Shown here in pieces: positions 54,316-64,000 of a DNA stretch of 64,000 nt. A program made the position numbers and the translations under genes. The notes under the pieces are model-generated. The model did no database searches. It saw only the letters and a list, made by a program, of their open reading frames with translations, and had not been told where the DNA came from. Each line of letters starts with the position of its first letter. The stretch's first letter is position 1. Origin of the DNA: an uncultured Verrucomicrobiae bacterium (GTDB taxonomy: Bacteria; Verrucomicrobiota; Verrucomicrobiia; Chthoniobacterales; UBA10450); the NCBI GenBank assembly GCA_963834385.1, contig CAWIBO010000002.1:1120001-1184000 (forward strand). The letters are read 5' to 3'.

Positions 54316-56202
54316 TTAGGGCGGAACAGTGTTTTTCCTCAGCCGCTCTCGCGCATACTCTAGATTGTTGCGCGCCAGGGTGAAGTCGGGTTTGAGCGCG
54401 AGCGCGCGTTCGCAGGCGGCCACGGCCTTGTCGTGCTCCCTCATCTCGTTGTAAGCCGCGCCGATGTTGTTCCAGGCCTCGGCATAGCCGGGGCGCAGTG
54501 CCAGCGCGCTCTCGCTCGCCGCAATGGATTCAACAAAACGGCCCTCCCGGTAAAGCTGCAGGCTTTGCGCAAGGAAGGATTCCGGCGTGGCCGGTCCGGC
54601 CCGTCGGAGAAGGTCCTGCACGGTCTGGTCGGACGGGCTGAGTTTCGCCGCCTTTTCCAGGAGGGCGCGGGCCTCGGCGGTCCGGCCGTAGGCGAGCAGG
54701 TGACGCGCGTAAAAGGTGTAACTGGAGGGGGCGTCGGGGGCCAGGCGCCGGGCTTCGAGGAAACGGTCCTCCGCTTTCCCTCCCTTCCGGGTGGCGGCCT
54801 CGGCAATGGCGATGTTGATCAAGAGCGTAGGATACCGGGGCGCCAGTTTCAGGGCCCGGTGAAAGTAATCGAGCGCGCCGGCGAAATCGCCCCTGGCCAT
54901 GAGGGTGTTTCCATAATTCATCAGGCCGCGCGGATTGTTCGGGCTTTTCGCCGCCACGTCGCGCCAGAGCGATTCTTCCGTGCGCCAGATCCTGTTGCGT
55001 TTGAAAGTGAACAACGCGCCGGCGAGCAGACAAATGACAACCACTGCCATCGCGGCCGTTCTGGCCTGCCGGCTCTTGTTTTCCAGGAAGCCGTCGAGCA
55101 GCGCGGCCCCGGCCAGGGCCAGCCCGAGGTAGGCCATGAAGGGGCGATGGCTGTTCATGACCTCTGCCAGCGGCGTCAGCGAAGTGGGGAGCAACGCGAG
55201 CAAAAACCAGCCCAGGCCAAAAGCGCCAAGGCGCCCGCGCGGCCTCCGGCTCAGCCAGGCAATGGAAACGACCAGGATGAGAAGGAAGACGAATCCGGCC
55301 CACATCCGCGGATCGTTCGCGCCCTCCAGCGGCCCGAGGTCGTAGTCCGCGGAAAGATCGGCCGGCCAAAGGAAGGTGAGAAAATAGCGCAGGATCACGT
55401 AGGGCTGCGTTTGGAGATAACCGCTCGCGTCGGCGGCGCCCGCCACCCAGGTGCGGGGAGTCATCCAACCGACGAACCCAAGGATGGCGCCGCAAACGAG
55501 GAGAGCCGGCCAGAAGTCGCGCCGCAAAAATTGCCTGAAGCCGCCGGGCTCGATTCGGCGAAAGAGGAACGCGTAGAGAAGAAGAAGAACCGGGAAGATG
55601 GCGGCGGGCGGTTTGGCCAGGATCCCGAGAGCGGCAGGCAGGACGAAAAGGCCGCTCCGGCGCCACCGTGGAGCCATCAGGTAGAGCGCGAATGAAGCCA
55701 GCACGCCGAGAGTGGAAAGGATCTCCGCGGAGGCGATGACGTAGTTCACCGTCTCGGCGTTTGCGGGATGGAGCGCATAAAAACCGGTCGCTGCCAGGGC
55801 AACCCAGCCGGTGTGCGCTGCGGGCACGGTCCTTTGCAGCAGAGCGGCGGTTACCAGAAGGAATAGGGCGACCTGGAGGAGAAAGAGCAGAAAGATGGCG
55901 AGATGAAAGCCGGCCGGATTCAGTCCGCCGGACGCGGCGTGGCAGAGCGCGAGAAAAGTGGAGGTGAGCGGCCGGTAGGATTGGTTGCTCGGGATGGTGC
56001 TGAAGGTGGAGGCGTCCCGAAAAAATTCCGGGATGTTTCGCAGGTCACGGATGGCGGTGTTGTTCTCGATGGTGTGCGCGTCGTCGAAATGAAACGCATT
56101 CTGGAAATGGTTTGCGTAGGCCAGGGCCAGCAGAAGAAGCAGCAGAAAAAAGCCGAGGCGGGGAGGCGAGCCGCGGTCGGCGGCGAGGTCAGGCTGGCTC
56201 AC
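54316..56202 (-). CDS. TMTC-like GT-C glycosyltransferase with C-terminal TPRs
   Basis: FHFDD, YRPL, HPANAETVNY, LSADY, RNRIWRTEESLW, TPRs. Confidence 0.8.
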   Translation of the reverse strand: MSQPDLAADRGSPPRLGFFLLLLLLALAYANHFQNAFHFDDAHTIENNTAIRDLRNIPEFFRDASTFSTIPSNQSYRPLTSTFLALCHAASGGLNPAGFHLAIFLLFLLQVALFLLVTAALLQRTVPAAHTGWVALAATGFYALHPANAETVNYVIASAEILSTLGVLASFALYLMAPRWRRSGLFVLPAALGILAKPPAAIFPVLLLLYAFLFRRIEPGGFRQFLRRDFWPALLVCGAILGFVGWMTPRTWVAGAADASGYLQTQPYVILRYFLTFLWPADLSADYDLGPLEGANDPRMWAGFVFLLILVVSIAWLSRRPRGRLGAFGLGWFLLALLPTSLTPLAEVMNSHRPFMAYLGLALAGAALLDGFLENKSRQARTAAMAVVVICLLAGALFTFKRNRIWRTEESLWRDVAAKSPNNPRGLMNYGNTLMARGDFAGALDYFHRALKLAPRYPTLLINIAIAEAATRKGGKAEDRFLEARRLAPDAPSSYTFYARHLLAYGRTAEARALLEKAAKLSPSDQTVQDLLRRAGPATPESFLAQSLQLYREGRFVESIAASESALALRPGYAEAWNNIGAAYNEMREHDKAVAACERALALKPDFTLARNNLEYARERLRKNTVPP

Positions 56203-56264
56203 ACGCTATTCTTCCGTGAGAGTCCTGCGGGTCGCAACCGCCGCGGCCCGCCGGTTCCCCCAGC

Positions 56265-56972
56265 ATGATCTCCCTGATTGTTCCCGCCCATAACGAAGAG
56301 TTCGAGCTTCCGGCCACCCTCGCGGCTCTTTTCGCCGCCGGCACCACCAGTGGCGAGGCTTTTGAGGTTATCGTGGCCGACGACGCCTCGACCGACGCGA
56401 CCGCGGCCATCGCCACCGCGGCCGGCGCGCGCGTGGTTCCGCTTGCGCGGCGCCAGATTGCGGCGGCGCGCAACGCCGGGGCGCGGGCCGCCCAAGGCGA
56501 CATCTTTTTCTTTGTCGATGCCGATACGCACATCGCGCCGGTCCATCTCCGGGAAGGGCTGGCCGCGCTGGGGGAAGGATACGCCGGCGGCGGCGCCCTG
56601 GTCGATTTTCACGGCGAGATCCCGCGCTGGGCGCAAAGGCTTCTCGTCCTCTTCACCGCCATTTATTTTCGGCTCTTCAACCTCGGCGCCGGCGCTTTCC
56701 TCTTCACGAGCCGGGCGAACTACGAGGCCACCGGCGGTTTCGACGAGCGCCATTTTGCCGGCGAGGAGGTTTACTTCAGCCAGGCCTTGAAGAAGCTCGG
56801 TCGCTTCAAGGTGCTGGCCGCGCCGGTCCTGACGTCGGGGCGCAAACTTCGAATGCATTCCGGCCAGCGGATCTTCTGGCAGTCGCTGCCGCTTATCTTC
56901 CTGGGCCCGCTCGTGACCCGTTCCCGGCGCGGCCTCGCGCTCTGGTACGATGGCCGGCGGGAAACGCGCTGA
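56265..56972 (+). CDS. Glycosyltransferase family 2
   Basis: IVPAHNEE, DDASTD, FVDAD, GGFDE. Confidence 0.9.
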   Translation: MISLIVPAHNEEFELPATLAALFAAGTTSGEAFEVIVADDASTDATAAIATAAGARVVPLARRQIAAARNAGARAAQGDIFFFVDADTHIAPVHLREGLAALGEGYAGGGALVDFHGEIPRWAQRLLVLFTAIYFRLFNLGAGAFLFTSRANYEATGGFDERHFAGEEVYFSQALKKLGRFKVLAAPVLTSGRKLRMHSGQRIFWQSLPLIFLGPLVTRSRRGLALWYDGRRETR

Positions 56973-57095
56973 GCAGCCCGGCGCGCCTTTGGGCAGGCGA
57001 ATTTCCAGTTCTTGATCCGTCCCGGCCGGTCCTCTTGCGAAAACGGAGCAGCCAGCCGCAGCGTTCCCCGGCCGGGGATCACTCGGCGCGAAAGA

Positions 57096-57539
57096 ATGAG
57101 CACCGAGATCAAGATCTGGCGGGCGGGCACGGCGGCGGAAATTGCGCGCTGTTTTGCCGTCATGCGGGAACTCCGTCCCCACGTGACGACGGAGGAGGAG
57201 TTCCATAAGCGGGTGAGCCGCCAGCAGGGCGAGGGTTACGAGGTCGCGGCCTTGAGCGCGGAGGGAGAGGTCAGGGCCCTGGCCGGGTTCCGCGTGATCG
57301 AGATGCTTTTTTCCGGCCGGCACCTTTACGTGGACGACCTGGTCACGCGCGAAACGGATCGATCGGCGGGCTACGGCGGCGCTCTCTTCGACTGGTTGGT
57401 GGCGGAAGGAGAACGGCGGGGCTGCGCCACCCTCGAGCTGGATTCCGGGGTGCAGCGTTTCGATGCGCACCGGTTCTATTTTAAGAAGCGTATGAAAATT
57501 GCCTCCTATCATTTCAGCCTCCCGCTGCCGACGCCATGA
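57096..57539 (+). CDS. GNAT acetyltransferase
   Basis: LYVDDLV..RSAGYG..LDSGVQRFDAHRFY. Confidence 0.9.
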   Translation: MSTEIKIWRAGTAAEIARCFAVMRELRPHVTTEEEFHKRVSRQQGEGYEVAALSAEGEVRALAGFRVIEMLFSGRHLYVDDLVTRETDRSAGYGGALFDWLVAEGERRGCATLELDSGVQRFDAHRFYFKKRMKIASYHFSLPLPTP

Positions 57540-57865
57540 GGAAACCCGTTGGACCCCGCGTGACCATCGCTCCCGGGATTGAACGCGAGACGCTGGTCCA
57601 TGGCGGCCAGATGTATCAGATGCGAGCACGGCTCGCTTCCGGAAGCGTGCTGCCCGTTCACCATCATCCGCAGGAGCAGATCGTCCATCTTCTGAAGGGA
57701 CGGCTGCGGCTGACGGCGGCCGGCGTCACGCATGAACTGGAGGCGGGCGATTCCTTTTATCTGGCGGCGAACGTCCCGCATGGCGTGGAAACGCTGGAAG
57801 CGAGCGAAGTGCTCGACACCTTCAGCCCGCCCCGGGACGATTACCTCGCGGCGGACAAAGCGTGA
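57536..57865 (+). CDS. Cupin domain protein
   Basis: HHHPQEQ..G..PHGV..DTFSPPRDDY. Confidence 0.88.
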   Translation: MRKPVGPRVTIAPGIERETLVHGGQMYQMRARLASGSVLPVHHHPQEQIVHLLKGRLRLTAAGVTHELEAGDSFYLAANVPHGVETLEASEVLDTFSPPRDDYLAADKA

Positions 57866-57871
57866 TCCCCG

Positions 57872-58225
57872 CCCGGTAGGGCGAGACTCCGTCGAGCCTG
57901 GGAGAAGGCTTCGCCTCCCGGAGGGACCTGCTTCCGCAGGTCCATGGACGAGCAAAAGCTCGTCCCTCCGCAGAAGAGCAGGATTAACAGGAGGGACAGG
58001 ATTGAGGGCAAAGGTGGCGGCGCGCCCCATGATGGCGGGCGCGTGCTCCCAGGCTCGACGGAGTCTCGCCCCACCGGGAAGCGCCCCCGCCTGCTTTCAC
58101 GCTCTCCCACACTCCTGCTCATGCTCTTGATCCTGCTCCTGATCCTCCGAACCCCGAACCGAACCCGAACCCCGAACTCGAATAACCAATAACCGACCAC
58201 CCGCTTCCCACCGTTCACGATTCCC
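57872..58225. repeat. Mosaic REP element upstream of rpsO
   Basis: 33-bp inverted repeat with 1 mismatch (57872/58078) enclosing a GGAG doublet and ACAGGA module, followed by CTCCTG and CCGAAC tandem modules. Confidence 0.9.
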
Positions 58226-58391
58226 CCCGGGGGGAATTGGCGTTCCGCCGATTGACTTGATGCAAGTAATTCGGTTAGTGGAGATTACGACGGCCTGCGG
58301 CTCTGCAGGCGAACCGGGCGAAAAAGAAGCGCGGCCTACCCAGAGTGACCCTTGCCAAGTCGCATTCTTCCGCTACCTTCCCCGCTTCATT

Positions 58392-58655
58392 ATGGCAGAA
58401 AGCAGCGAAGCGATTGACCTGAAGGAGTTCCAGCTCCACGAGAAAGATACCGGCAGTGCGGACGTGCAAGTCGCCCTCCTGACCCGGCGCATCTCGCAGC
58501 TGACCGAACACCTGAAGAGCAACGCCAAGGATCATTCCTCGCGTCGCGGCCTCCTCAAGATGGTGGCGCAGCGCCGGAGCCTGCTCGATTACCTGAGCAG
58601 GTCGAAGTCCGAGCGGTATAAAAGCCTGCTCGAGAAGCTGAACCTGCGGAAATAA
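58392..58655 (+). CDS. rpsO: 30S ribosomal protein S15
   Basis: [29 protein letters not shown]. Confidence 0.98.
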   Translation: MAESSEAIDLKEFQLHEKDTGSADVQVALLTRRISQLTEHLKSNAKDHSSRRGLLKMVAQRRSLLDYLSRSKSERYKSLLEKLNLRK

Positions 58656-58752
58656 TTCCGCAGGCGATCCGCGGCGGTAACCGTCGCTTCCCTTGCCCGA
58701 TGTCGTGATGATCAACCCACATCAATAATCACGGCAGCCTGGGCCGACCAAC

Positions 58753-58814
58753 CACCTCTGATTTGAGGTTTTAGCCCCGAAGACAAGACGGGGTTAAAAC
58801 CTACAATCAGGGTG
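58753..58814 (+). promoter_or_regulatory. Long hairpin in pnp leader (candidate RNase III site)
   Basis: cacc..ctgatt..aggttttagccccg / cggggttaaaacct..aatcag.ggtg. Confidence 0.65.
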
Positions 58815-58851
58815 ACCGGCCTGGAGCTACCGCACCTCAGGAGCTCTTAGT

Positions 58852-61020
58852 ATGCAACACAAGGTCACTGCCCAGATCGGGGCCGCCCCCATCACCATCG
58901 AAACCGGCAAGATTGCCAAACTCGCCGACGGCGCCGTCGTCGTTTCCTACGGCGACACCATGGTCATGACGAGCGCGGTTTCTGCCACCGCCGTCAAGGA
59001 AGGGCAGGACTGGTTCCCGCTCACCGTCGATTATCGCGAGAAAGCCGCCGCGGTCGGCAAATTCCCCGGCGGCTACTTCAAGCGCGAAGGCCGCCCTTCG
59101 GAAAAGGAGACGCTGACTTCGCGCATGACGGATCGCCCCCTGCGCCCGCTCTTCCCGGCCGGCTATCTCTACGACACCCAGATCATCAGCATGCTCCTGA
59201 GCGCGGACGGCCAGAACGATCCTGATATTCTCGCCATCAATGGCGCTTCCGCCGCCCTTTGCGTCTCCGACATCCCGTTCGCCGGCCCGGTGGGCGCGGT
59301 CCGCGTCGGCCGTGTGAACAATGAATTCGTGGTTAACCCGACGCACGACCAGCGTCTCGAGAGCGATCTGGACCTTGTTTATGTCGGCACGGAAAACGAT
59401 GTCATCATGATCGAAGGCTCGGCGCACGAGATGCCCGAGGAGGATTTCCTCAAGGCGCTTGAGTTCGCCCATGGCCATGCCCGCGAAATGATCCGCGCGC
59501 AGAAGGAGCTCGCCGCCGCCGTTGGCAAGACGAAGCGCGAGATGCCCCTCTTCGCCGTCGAGCAAAGTATCATGGAGATCGCCTACCAGGTTGCCGGCGA
59601 CAGGATCGAGGGCGCTCTTTATACCGAGGGCAAGGTGGCCCGCTCCAAGGCGGTCAACGCCCTCAAGGAGGAAGTGAAAGCCGCCGTCCTGGCCAAACAC
59701 CCAGAGGCGGACAAATTCGCCATCTCCCAGGCCTTTGATTACGTGCAGAAAAAGGCGTTCCGCATCAGCGTGCTCGACCGGCAGAAACGCATGGATGGCC
59801 GCGGCACCGATGAGCTGCGCAAGATCACCTGCGAAGTGGGCGTGCTCCCGCGTGCGCACGGTTCCGCCATCTTCCAGCGCGGCGAGACGCAGGCTCTCGC
59901 CCTCGCCACCCTCGCCCCGATCGAGGAAGCGCAGATGATCGACGCCTACGGCGGCGGCTTGAACTCGAAGAGCTTTATCCTCCACTACAATTTCCCGCCC
60001 TTCAGCGTGGGCGAGACCGGCCGCACCGGTGGCGCCAGCCGCCGCGAGATCGGCCACGGCGCCCTGGCCGAGCGTTCCCTCGAGCCCGTTGTGCCCAGCG
60101 TGGAGAATTTCCGCTATGCCGTCCGCATCTCGAGCGAGGTCATGGAATCAAACGGTTCCACCTCCATGGCCAGCGTCTGCGGCGGCATGCTTGCCCTCAT
60201 GGATGCCGGTGTCCCGATCAAGACCCCCGTGGCCGGCATTTCCGTCGGCCTCGTGACCGAGTTCGATGATAACCGGAACATGAAGCGCTACACGCTGCTC
60301 ACGGACATCATCGGCTCCGAAGATCATTTCGGCGATATGGATTACAAGCTTTGCGGGACGGAGAACGGCATCACCGGCTTCCAGCTCGACCTGAAGCTGC
60401 CCGGCGTCACGCACCAGATCATGACCGAAGCCACCTTCCGCGCCCGCGACGCGCGCAAGAAGATCCTCGGCATCATGGCGGAAGCGCTCGACAAGCCGCG
60501 CACCGAGCTGAGCAAATACGCGCCGCGCATCGAGACGGTTAAGATCAACCCCGACAAGATCGGCGCGCTCATCGGGCCCGGCGGCAAGACGATCAAGGGC
60601 ATCGTGGCCGAGACCGGCGCCGATATTAACATCGATGACGACGGTTCCGTGCACATCTACGCCACCAGTGGCGAGTCGATGGCGCGCGCCAAGGAAATCA
60701 TCGGCGGCATGACCAAGGAGATCGAGGTCGGCCAGACCTACCAGGGCCGCGTCGTCTCGATCAAGGAGTTCGGCGCGTTCGTGGAAGTGTTCCCGGGCAA
60801 GGATGGTCTGGTGCACATTTCCGAATTGGCCGACTTCCGCGTCAATCGCACGGAAGACGTGGCCAAGATGGGCGACGTCATCTGGGTCAAGTGCATCGGG
60901 ATCGATGACAAGGGCCGCGTGAAACTCTCGCGTAAAGCCGCGCTCAAGGAGCGGGCTGAAGCTGAGACCGGCGCGCCCAAAGGCGAACCGGCCATGGCTG
61001 GCGACGGCGCGCAGCGCTAG
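58852..61020 (+). CDS. pnp: Polyribonucleotide nucleotidyltransferase
   Basis: [26 protein letters not shown] and S1 domains. Confidence 0.98.
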   Translation: MQHKVTAQIGAAPITIETGKIAKLADGAVVVSYGDTMVMTSAVSATAVKEGQDWFPLTVDYREKAAAVGKFPGGYFKREGRPSEKETLTSRMTDRPLRPLFPAGYLYDTQIISMLLSADGQNDPDILAINGASAALCVSDIPFAGPVGAVRVGRVNNEFVVNPTHDQRLESDLDLVYVGTENDVIMIEGSAHEMPEEDFLKALEFAHGHAREMIRAQKELAAAVGKTKREMPLFAVEQSIMEIAYQVAGDRIEGALYTEGKVARSKAVNALKEEVKAAVLAKHPEADKFAISQAFDYVQKKAFRISVLDRQKRMDGRGTDELRKITCEVGVLPRAHGSAIFQRGETQALALATLAPIEEAQMIDAYGGGLNSKSFILHYNFPPFSVGETGRTGGASRREIGHGALAERSLEPVVPSVENFRYAVRISSEVMESNGSTSMASVCGGMLALMDAGVPIKTPVAGISVGLVTEFDDNRNMKRYTLLTDIIGSEDHFGDMDYKLCGTENGITGFQLDLKLPGVTHQIMTEATFRARDARKKILGIMAEALDKPRTELSKYAPRIETVKINPDKIGALIGPGGKTIKGIVAETGADINIDDDGSVHIYATSGESMARAKEIIGGMTKEIEVGQTYQGRVVSIKEFGAFVEVFPGKDGLVHISELADFRVNRTEDVAKMGDVIWVKCIGIDDKGRVKLSRKAALKERAEAETGAPKGEPAMAGDGAQR

Positions 61021-61021
61021 A

Positions 61022-61380
61022 CCCGGTAGGGCGAGACTCCGTCGAGCCTGGGGAGCGCCTCGCCTCCGGAGGGACCTGCTTCCGCAGGTCCATGGACGAG
61101 CAGAAGCTCGTCCCTCCGCAGAAGACAGGATTAACGCGAGCGACAGGATTTTGAAGGCCAGGGCGTGACCCGTCTTTGATGGCGGCGCTGCGTCTCAGAT
61201 GGTGGCGGCGCGTGCTCCCAGGCTCGACAGAGTCTCGCCCCACCGGGGGAAGCGGCCGCGCCCGCCATCCACGCTCCCTCAAACTCCTGCTCATGCTCTT
61301 GATCTTGCTCCTGATCCCTCCGAACCCCGAACCCTCCAACAACCAACCACCCCCGCTTCCGACCATCCACGATTCAATCC
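61022..61380. repeat. Mosaic REP element downstream of pnp
   Basis: Same module order as 57872..58225. Confidence 0.9.
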
Positions 61381-61387
61381 CTAATTC

Positions 61388-63125
61388 TCACGTCTTCCGA
61401 ACCACTCCGTCCCGGCGCACCATCTTGCCACGCATGCTCCCCTTGCCGTAACGCTTGAGGAACCGCTGCTCGCCTTCGCTGGTCGAGATCAGGATCAAAT
61501 CCGCCCCGGCCGGCAGCCGCGTTTCCGGCGTCGGGTTCATGTAAAGCTGGTCGCCCTGGCGCAGGGCGACGACGTGACATTGCGTATGCCGGGCAATGGC
61601 CGCTTCCGCGAGGGTCTTGCCCGCCAGCGGCGCCGGCATCTCGATCTCGGACACGTGCAGGCCCTCGGCAATGACCAGGATGTCAGTCCGGCGCAGCACG
61701 TTGAAAATGGTGGTCGCCCCCATGGAGGCATAGGAAAGAACAAAGTCGGCGCCTGCCCGGTGCAGGGTGGCCACGTTTCGTTCCAGCGTGGTCCGGCTGA
61801 TGATCTGCACGTCCGGGCGAAGCTTCCGGCAATACAGGGTCAGGTAGATGTTGGTGTCGTCGTCATGCGTGGTGATGACAATGGCGGGGGTGTCGCGCAG
61901 ACCGGCCCGCTCGAGTGTGGCCAGGTCGGCCGCGCTCCCATGAATGTATTTCTCGTTGAGGATCCGCTCCTTCTTCGTCTCGACGAAGCGGTAATCGACC
62001 TCCCTTTCCTCCAGCGCCCGTGCGGTCGCGCGCCCGACCCGGCCGCCCCCGATGATCAGCGCCGGGTTGGCGCTCACGTGATAAATGCAGAACAACTCGT
62101 CGTAGGCGCGTAGATGGTCGGCCGAGCCGGCCAGGACGAGGACCGAGTTCGACTCGATCAAGGTGCTGGCGGCGGCGAGCTCGAAAGTCCCGCGTTTCCA
62201 AAGCCCGACAATGGTCAGGCCGGTGCTTTCCCGCAGGTTGGTCTCGGCGATCGTCTTTCCCACCAGGGGTGTGCCCGCCGCAGTCGCCTCCGCGATCAAC
62301 ACCTCCTGCAACTGGCCGATTACATGGGCGCGGGCGTCGACCCCGGTGATGCGACGGGCCAGCGCCTGGCCCATCATCTCCGGGAGCTGGATCACCTTTG
62401 AACTCCCCGCCAGGTGCAAAATATCGACCGAGTCGGCCGAGCTCGCGGTCACCACCACCGGCACCTCGGCGCTCAGCTCGCGCGCGGTGAAGGCGACGTT
62501 CGTGTTCACCACATCGCGAGCCGGTCGCGGCCACCATGGCGGCATGCTCCACCCGGGCCAGTTGATAGGTCTTTAAGCGGTCGATCTCGCCGAAGACAAC
62601 CTTGATCCCGAGATCATACAGCCGCAGCGCCTCCTCCAGGTCGCTCACGATGAGCGCGTATTTGTAGCCGTAACGTTTCAGGCGATCAATCAGGCCGATC
62701 GAGACCGGATCGTAGTTGGTCAAAATGATGTGCCCGCTGGTGTTCTCCGGGAGCTGGCGCGGCGCCCGGGCCTCCGATTGTGCCCGCATCCACGGGGCGT
62801 AAAAGAACTCGATAAAGGTGAAGGGAAGAAGCATCAGAAGGAAAACCATGCCCGAGACGAGGACGACCATGGAAAAAATCCGGCCCAGGTCGCTCGTGAA
62901 GGTGATATCGCCAAAGCCGAGCGTGCTCATGACCGTGAGCGTCCAGTAAAAGCCGGTTACCCAGCTATGCCGCTGGCCTTCCTCCAGCATGATGATGTGG
63001 AAGAGGACGCTATAGACGGTGACCAGCCCGCCAAGCACGGCAAAGAACCGGAGCAGCAGCCGGATGTTGCGCCGCGTAGGCGCGGTCCGAAGGAAAAAAG
63101 TGAGCTCGGAAGTAAAGAACTTCAT
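61388..63125 (-). CDS. K+ channel with tandem RCK/TrkA domains (frameshift ~62516)
   Basis: TVMSTLGFGD pore motif; IIGGGRVG; TrkA-C domains. Confidence 0.88.
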
Positions 63126-63240
63126 GTCCGCGCCCTGGCCGAGAAAGTCATCTGGAGGAGACCCTAGGGAAAAAGTGGGCGGTCTGCACGCCACAGATTT
63201 TCCCTCTGCGGGATAGGCCGCCCCGTCTTAAGGTGTGCCC

Positions 63241-64000
63241 ATGAAATCCGGTTTCCTCGACAAGCTGATCGGACGGCTTGGCCGGATCGATCCGGAGGAG
63301 GTGCAGAATTACCTGCTCCGCCTGGCCCAGGAAAAGGGCCTGATCGAGACGGTCTTCAACGCCATCCAGGAGGGAATCATCGTGACCGATTCCGCCGGCC
63401 GGATCACCTATCTGAACGACGCCGCCTGCGAGCTGTTTGCCCTCGACGGCGAGAAAGCGGTGGGCGAGCCGCTGGAGGAAAAGGTCCGGGGGCTCGACTG
63501 GAAATCGCTCACCCGCAGCGGCGGCCCCATCACCCGTGACCTCGAGATTTTTTACCCGGCCAATCGGTTCATCAATTTCTACATCGTTCCGCTGATGATC
63601 GAGCGCCGGAGCGCGCCTGACGGCGCCGGCGAGTCGAGCGACCGGGTCGGCTACGCCATTATCCTGCGTGATTTCACCGAAACCCGGCGCACCGCCGAAA
63701 AAGCGATCGAGAGCGAGCGGCTCAACGCCCTGACCCTGCTCGCCGCGGGGGTGGCCCACGAAATCGGCAACCCGCTTAATTCCCTCAATATCCATCTGCA
63801 GCTCATGGAACGGGAAACGCGCAAACTGAAGGGCAAGACCCGCGCGACCCTCGAGGAATCGATCAAGGTGGCGCGGGGCGAGATCGACCGGCTCGATTCC
63901 ATCGTGACCCAGTTTTTGCGCGCCATCCGGCCGTCGCGTCCCCTGCTCCAACCCCAGAACATCAACGGGGTCGTGGAGGAAACGGTGCGCTTTTTCGCCC
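63241..64000 (+). CDS. PAS-domain sensor histidine kinase (NtrB-like), 3'-truncated
   Basis: Read manually from ATG 63241: NAIQEGIIVTD..YLNDAA, LAAGVAHEIGNPLN. Confidence 0.88.
   Translation, partial: MKSGFLDKLIGRLGRIDPEEVQNYLLRLAQEKGLIETVFNAIQEGIIVTDSAGRITYLNDAACELFALDGEKAVGEPLEEKVRGLDWKSLTRSGGPITRDLEIFYPANRFINFYIVPLMIERRSAPDGAGESSDRVGYAIILRDFTETRRTAEKAIESERLNALTLLAAGVAHEIGNPLNSLNIHLQLMERETRKLKGKTRATLEESIKVARGEIDRLDSIVTQFLRAIRPSRPLLQPQNINGVVEETVRFFA

Noticed and set aside
57944..58218. Small ORFs with [11 protein letters not shown] or PVGRDSVEPG, also around 31252-32148 and 60944-61451
   Set aside because: Translations of the repeat modules, not independent genes.

Overview
A high-GC bacterial chromosome segment, most consistent with Verrucomicrobiota (Spartobacteria/Chthoniobacterales-like; this is an inference from the protein families present). 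About ten single-base frameshifts in unrelated genes, including dnaK and pstS, point to an unpolished long-read assembly rather than pseudogenes. Main contents in order: (1) tail-specific protease, two TPR proteins and an ExbB/ExbD/ExbD motor; (2) L,D-transpeptidase and thyA; (3) a ~16 kb phosphate/polyphosphate cluster (DUF47-pit-phoB-phoR-pstCAB-phoU-ppk1-ROK kinase-sixA-HAD, plus the opposing porin-pstS-arsC and CYTH genes) with two readable 11-bp-period Pho boxes; (4) dnaK-groES-groEL behind what looks like a sigma54 promoter with enhancer repeats; (5) a mosaic REP/BIME-like repeat family (GTAG- and GGAG-footed covarying hairpins plus 6/7/9-mer tandem modules) that forms a 238-bp tandem array with cargo genes after groEL and also brackets rpsO-pnp; (6) gdhA and a GH75 protein; (7) a DUF2946-like leader ending in EHAPP upstream of a ZnuD-like TonB-dependent receptor; (8) lysA, GT-C/TMTC-like glycosyltransferases and a GXT collagen-like protein; (9) rpsO-pnp, an RCK K+ channel and a truncated PAS histidine kinase. 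Best candidates for new biology: the repeat mosaic with cargo, the HAPP-variant arrest-peptide attenuator, and a shared periplasmic K-[DE]-G-K insert in two unrelated beta-barrels.
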